Assembly: GCA_039590285.1 (NCBI GenBank)
Contig: JBDHFS010000009.1
Location: 1 to 37,664, forward strand
DNA length: 37,664 nt
Source of the DNA: Gemmatimonadota bacterium
GTDB lineage: Bacteria > Gemmatimonadota > Gemmatimonadetes > Palauibacterales > Palauibacteraceae
Direction of reading: 5' to 3'
Shown here: positions 35,480 through 37,664 of the stretch, piece by piece
How positions within the stretch are numbered: the first letter of the stretch is position 1
Layout: each line of letters begins with the position of its first letter
Program-made: the position numbers and the translations under genes
Notes under the pieces: model-generated
Database searches by the model: none
The model's input: the letters and a program-made list of their open reading frames with translations, nothing else
Told to the model about the DNA's origin: nothing

Positions 35480-36675
35480 CCCCTCTTTCGCGGTGGATCG
35501 AAGAACGGCGTCTCGACCACGGTGGCTGTGGCCCGGAGGCGCTGATGTTCCACCGTCACCTCCATCTCCAGAGTCTTGCCAGGGAGCCCGGCCGACCCGC
35601 GAAGGTGAGCCAGCGCGATGTATTTCTTGAGCAGGGGGGACCAGCAGCCACTGGTCGCGTAACCGACCTGGCTACCGCCTCCATACACGGGCACGCTCGT
35701 TCGCCACGCGGAGGACGGAACCATCGGAGGCAGGCCCACGCTGCCATAGGCTCGCTCGAGGGAATCCCAATCGATTTCGAGGCCCCTGAGCCGCCACTCG
35801 GGACCGGCACCCGCCCGCCGAGCCAGCGCGTCGCGGCCAACGAAGTGCTCCTTCCCGAGATCCACCGTCCACTCAAGGCCCAACTCGAGGGGGGTCGATT
35901 TCTGGCTCTCGAGAAGAGCCTGGTGCGTCGGCACGTAGTCCACCGTAATCAGGATCAGGCCGGCCTCGATTCGCGCCATGTCCAGGGCCAGGAGACCGGT
36001 CGGAACGATTCCGTACACCCGGCCCGCGTCCATGAGGGCATCCCAGAGGGGGACGGCTCGATCGGAATCGACCCAGATCTCGTATCCCAGGTCGCCGGTG
36101 TATCCTGTCCGGGAGACGGAGACCGGAATTTCCGCCAGCTCCACGTCCGCGATCCTGAAGAACCGGAGATCGTCGATTCCGGGCGCGGATACTGCCCGGA
36201 GGATCTTCCGGGAATTCGGACCCTGAAGCGCCAGGGCCGCCGTTGACGCGGACGCATCCTCGAACGAGACGTCCATGCCGGCAGCGTTGTCGTGGAACCA
36301 CAGGAGGCTCGGTTCGGCGGACGTGAGGCGGAAGACGTCCTCGTCGAGCCGGGCCAGCGTGCCGTCGTCGATCACCTTGCCGTCCCCGTCGCACCACGGC
36401 GTGTACATCACCTGGCCGACGGCGCACTTCTCAACGCTCCGCGTAACCAGGCGATCCAGGAACCGGACCGCATCCGGCCCCCGGATGACGTACTTGTACA
36501 GGGGCGACACATCGATGAGTCCTGCGGCGTTCCGGATAGCCCAATACTCACGCTCGTGGTACAGGTCGTATGAGCTCGCCGCGACGTAGCCGGCCCAGCG
36601 TCGCCAGTTGCGGGCCCGGCACAGGGCTGAAGTACGCTCATAGAAAGGAGTGCCGGGCAGCTTTGGAGTAGGAAT
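35476..36675 (-). CDS. GcvT-like aminomethyltransferase family protein (folate-binding)
   Basis: TPFYER...EYWAIRNAAGLIDVSPLYKY, DGKVIDDG, LALQGP, SRTGYTGDLGYEIW, ARIEAG, PFFDP. The conserved N-terminus extends about 50 codons upstream of the ORF-track GTG (36510). No in-frame ATG/GTG/TTG occurs before the TGA at 36744, so the start is tentatively ATT 36675. Confidence 0.88.
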   Translation of the reverse strand: MPTPKLPGTPFYERTSALCRARNWRRWAGYVAASSYDLYHEREYWAIRNAAGLIDVSPLYKYVIRGPDAVRFLDRLVTRSVEKCAVGQVMYTPWCDGDGKVIDDGTLARLDEDVFRLTSAEPSLLWFHDNAAGMDVSFEDASASTAALALQGPNSRKILRAVSAPGIDDLRFFRIADVELAEIPVSVSRTGYTGDLGYEIWVDSDRAVPLWDALMDAGRVYGIVPTGLLALDMARIEAGLILITVDYVPTHQALLESQKSTPLELGLEWTVDLGKEHFVGRDALARRAGAGPEWRLRGLEIDWDSLERAYGSVGLPPMVPSSAWRTSVPVYGGGSQVGYATSGCWSPLLKKYIALAHLRGSAGLPGKTLEMEVTVEHQRLRATATVVETPFFDPPRKRG

Positions 36676-36810
36676 GATCGCTTCCCCTTCCGTTCGTTCT
36701 CTGTGGGGCGGTCGGGAGATAAGGCGAGTCCAGTTTGATACTCATAATGAAGCGGGCTTCCCATATCAATAGGCTGCAGGTGCGCAGTCTACGGGATGTG
36801 GTCGGGAGGA

Positions 36811-36848
36811 AGGAAACGAGCCCGCCCGCGGCGACGCGGACGGGCTCG
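36811..36848 (-). terminator. Intrinsic terminator after the radical SAM gene
   Basis: Stem CGAGCCCG-c-CCGCG / CGCGG-a-CGGGCTCG with a 4-nt loop, followed by TTTCCTT on the minus strand, about 30 nt past the stop. Confidence 0.7.
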
Positions 36849-36879
36849 GTCGATCCCGGATCCTTGGACTCGAGGCTGG

Positions 36880-37664
36880 CTACACCCCGGCGACCTTAAG
36901 CTGAACCAGGGATTCCTCGGCAGCCATTTCCTTGCGCAGGTAGGCGTGTGGATCGTGCTCCAACGCGCCCTCCGGAAGGAACTCCCACAACGGTCCCAGG
37001 TCGCGTTGTACTCGTTGCCGGAAGAAGTCCGGAAGCCGATCTGTCTCGCCTTCGAAGTAAGCCCGAAACGATGCATCGCTCGACAGGAGCTCGCGCACTT
37101 CGGTGAAGTACCTGATCCGTCCGTATCCCTCCGAAGAGATTGCCCGGACCACGTTCATGATGCGCGGGATCGGCCCGCGGTTAGCTCCCAAGCGGCGCAT
37201 GATCGCACGCCTGGAGAACGTGTGCTTCGTCACGTCGATGACATGGTCGTAGAACTCCGGCCACCGGTAGTTCTTCGGCCGAACGTTCATGGCATGATGG
37301 TTGTTGAGAAAATGGAACGGGAACGGAAGCACGCGGTCGTCCGTCTGGTACTCCAGATTCAGCGGTGCTGCCTGACCGAACGCCGTCAGCAGGGAATAGC
37401 CGGGAAAGGCGGCCGGGGACATGTCGACGAAACGCTTGGTGAGCTCGAACGGCTCGGGGCCTTCGTCACTATCGAGGCCGAGCACCATGTTGACCTGCAG
37501 GTAGGGCACGTGGCGGACGATGAGGTTTGTCAGCTCGGCAACCTGTCGGACCTTCTCGATCCCCTGCTTTTTACCGGTACGCGACTTGTTTCCCAGGTCG
37601 TACCACGACTCGACTCCGGGCAGAAGAGCCCCGAACCCATTCTTCTGAAGGCGCTTCAGACGGG
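36880..37664 (-). CDS. Radical SAM family protein (probably B12-binding type), C-terminal part; begins outside the window
   Basis: Frame stays open to the window edge: LKRLQKNGFGALLPGVESW...YLQVNMVLGLDSD, resembling the GxES and GLDxD barrel motifs of B12/radical SAM proteins. The CxxxCxxC motif is not in the window. Confidence 0.65.
   Translation of the reverse strand, partial: RLKRLQKNGFGALLPGVESWYDLGNKSRTGKKQGIEKVRQVAELTNLIVRHVPYLQVNMVLGLDSDEGPEPFELTKRFVDMSPAAFPGYSLLTAFGQAAPLNLEYQTDDRVLPFPFHFLNNHHAMNVRPKNYRWPEFYDHVIDVTKHTFSRRAIMRRLGANRGPIPRIMNVVRAISSEGYGRIRYFTEVRELLSSDASFRAYFEGETDRLPDFFRQRVQRDLGPLWEFLPEGALEHDPHAYLRKEMAAEESLVQLKVAGV

Noticed and set aside
36676-36790. Glycine or THF riboswitch upstream of the GcvT-like gene
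   Set aside because: Glycine aptamer hallmarks (GGAGA...CCGAAG...CTCAGG) are not present on the coding strand; only a weak TTGATA-N17-TATGAG promoter-like sequence was seen.

Overview
GC-rich bacterial chromosomal window. Gene content suggests Gemmatimonadota, but this is an inference. Left to right: (1) housekeeping block on the minus strand, secD-secF-tatD-mutL-miaA-bshA, with bshA truncated by the window edge; (2) an ArsR-type operon with TolC, MFP, RND permease, a PII-like protein and a DUF2892/YgaP-like protein, preceded by a TTGACA promoter overlapped by an AT-rich palindrome; (3) a divergent five-gene locus made of two paralogous cassettes (small FN3 lipoprotein plus a 6- or 8-repeat FN3 secreted protein ending in a conserved PPAPPTxLRVV tail) followed by an Ig/TPR/beta-barrel protein; (4) a frameshifted metzincin lipoprotein, a hypothetical lipoprotein, a lone AmrB/MEMO1 gene, an enolase-superfamily enzyme with an unannotated 56-aa membrane protein upstream, and two tandem Ser/Thr kinase-TPR paralogs; (5) a GcvT-like gene with no canonical start codon, two phytoene-desaturase/PYROXD2-like flavoproteins and a partial radical SAM gene. 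The FN3 locus is the best candidate for an undescribed system: a surface-display module, possibly using donor-strand complementation and a dedicated outer-membrane exporter. I found no rRNA, tRNA, CRISPR array or mobile element. All family assignments come from reading motifs by eye; no searches were run.
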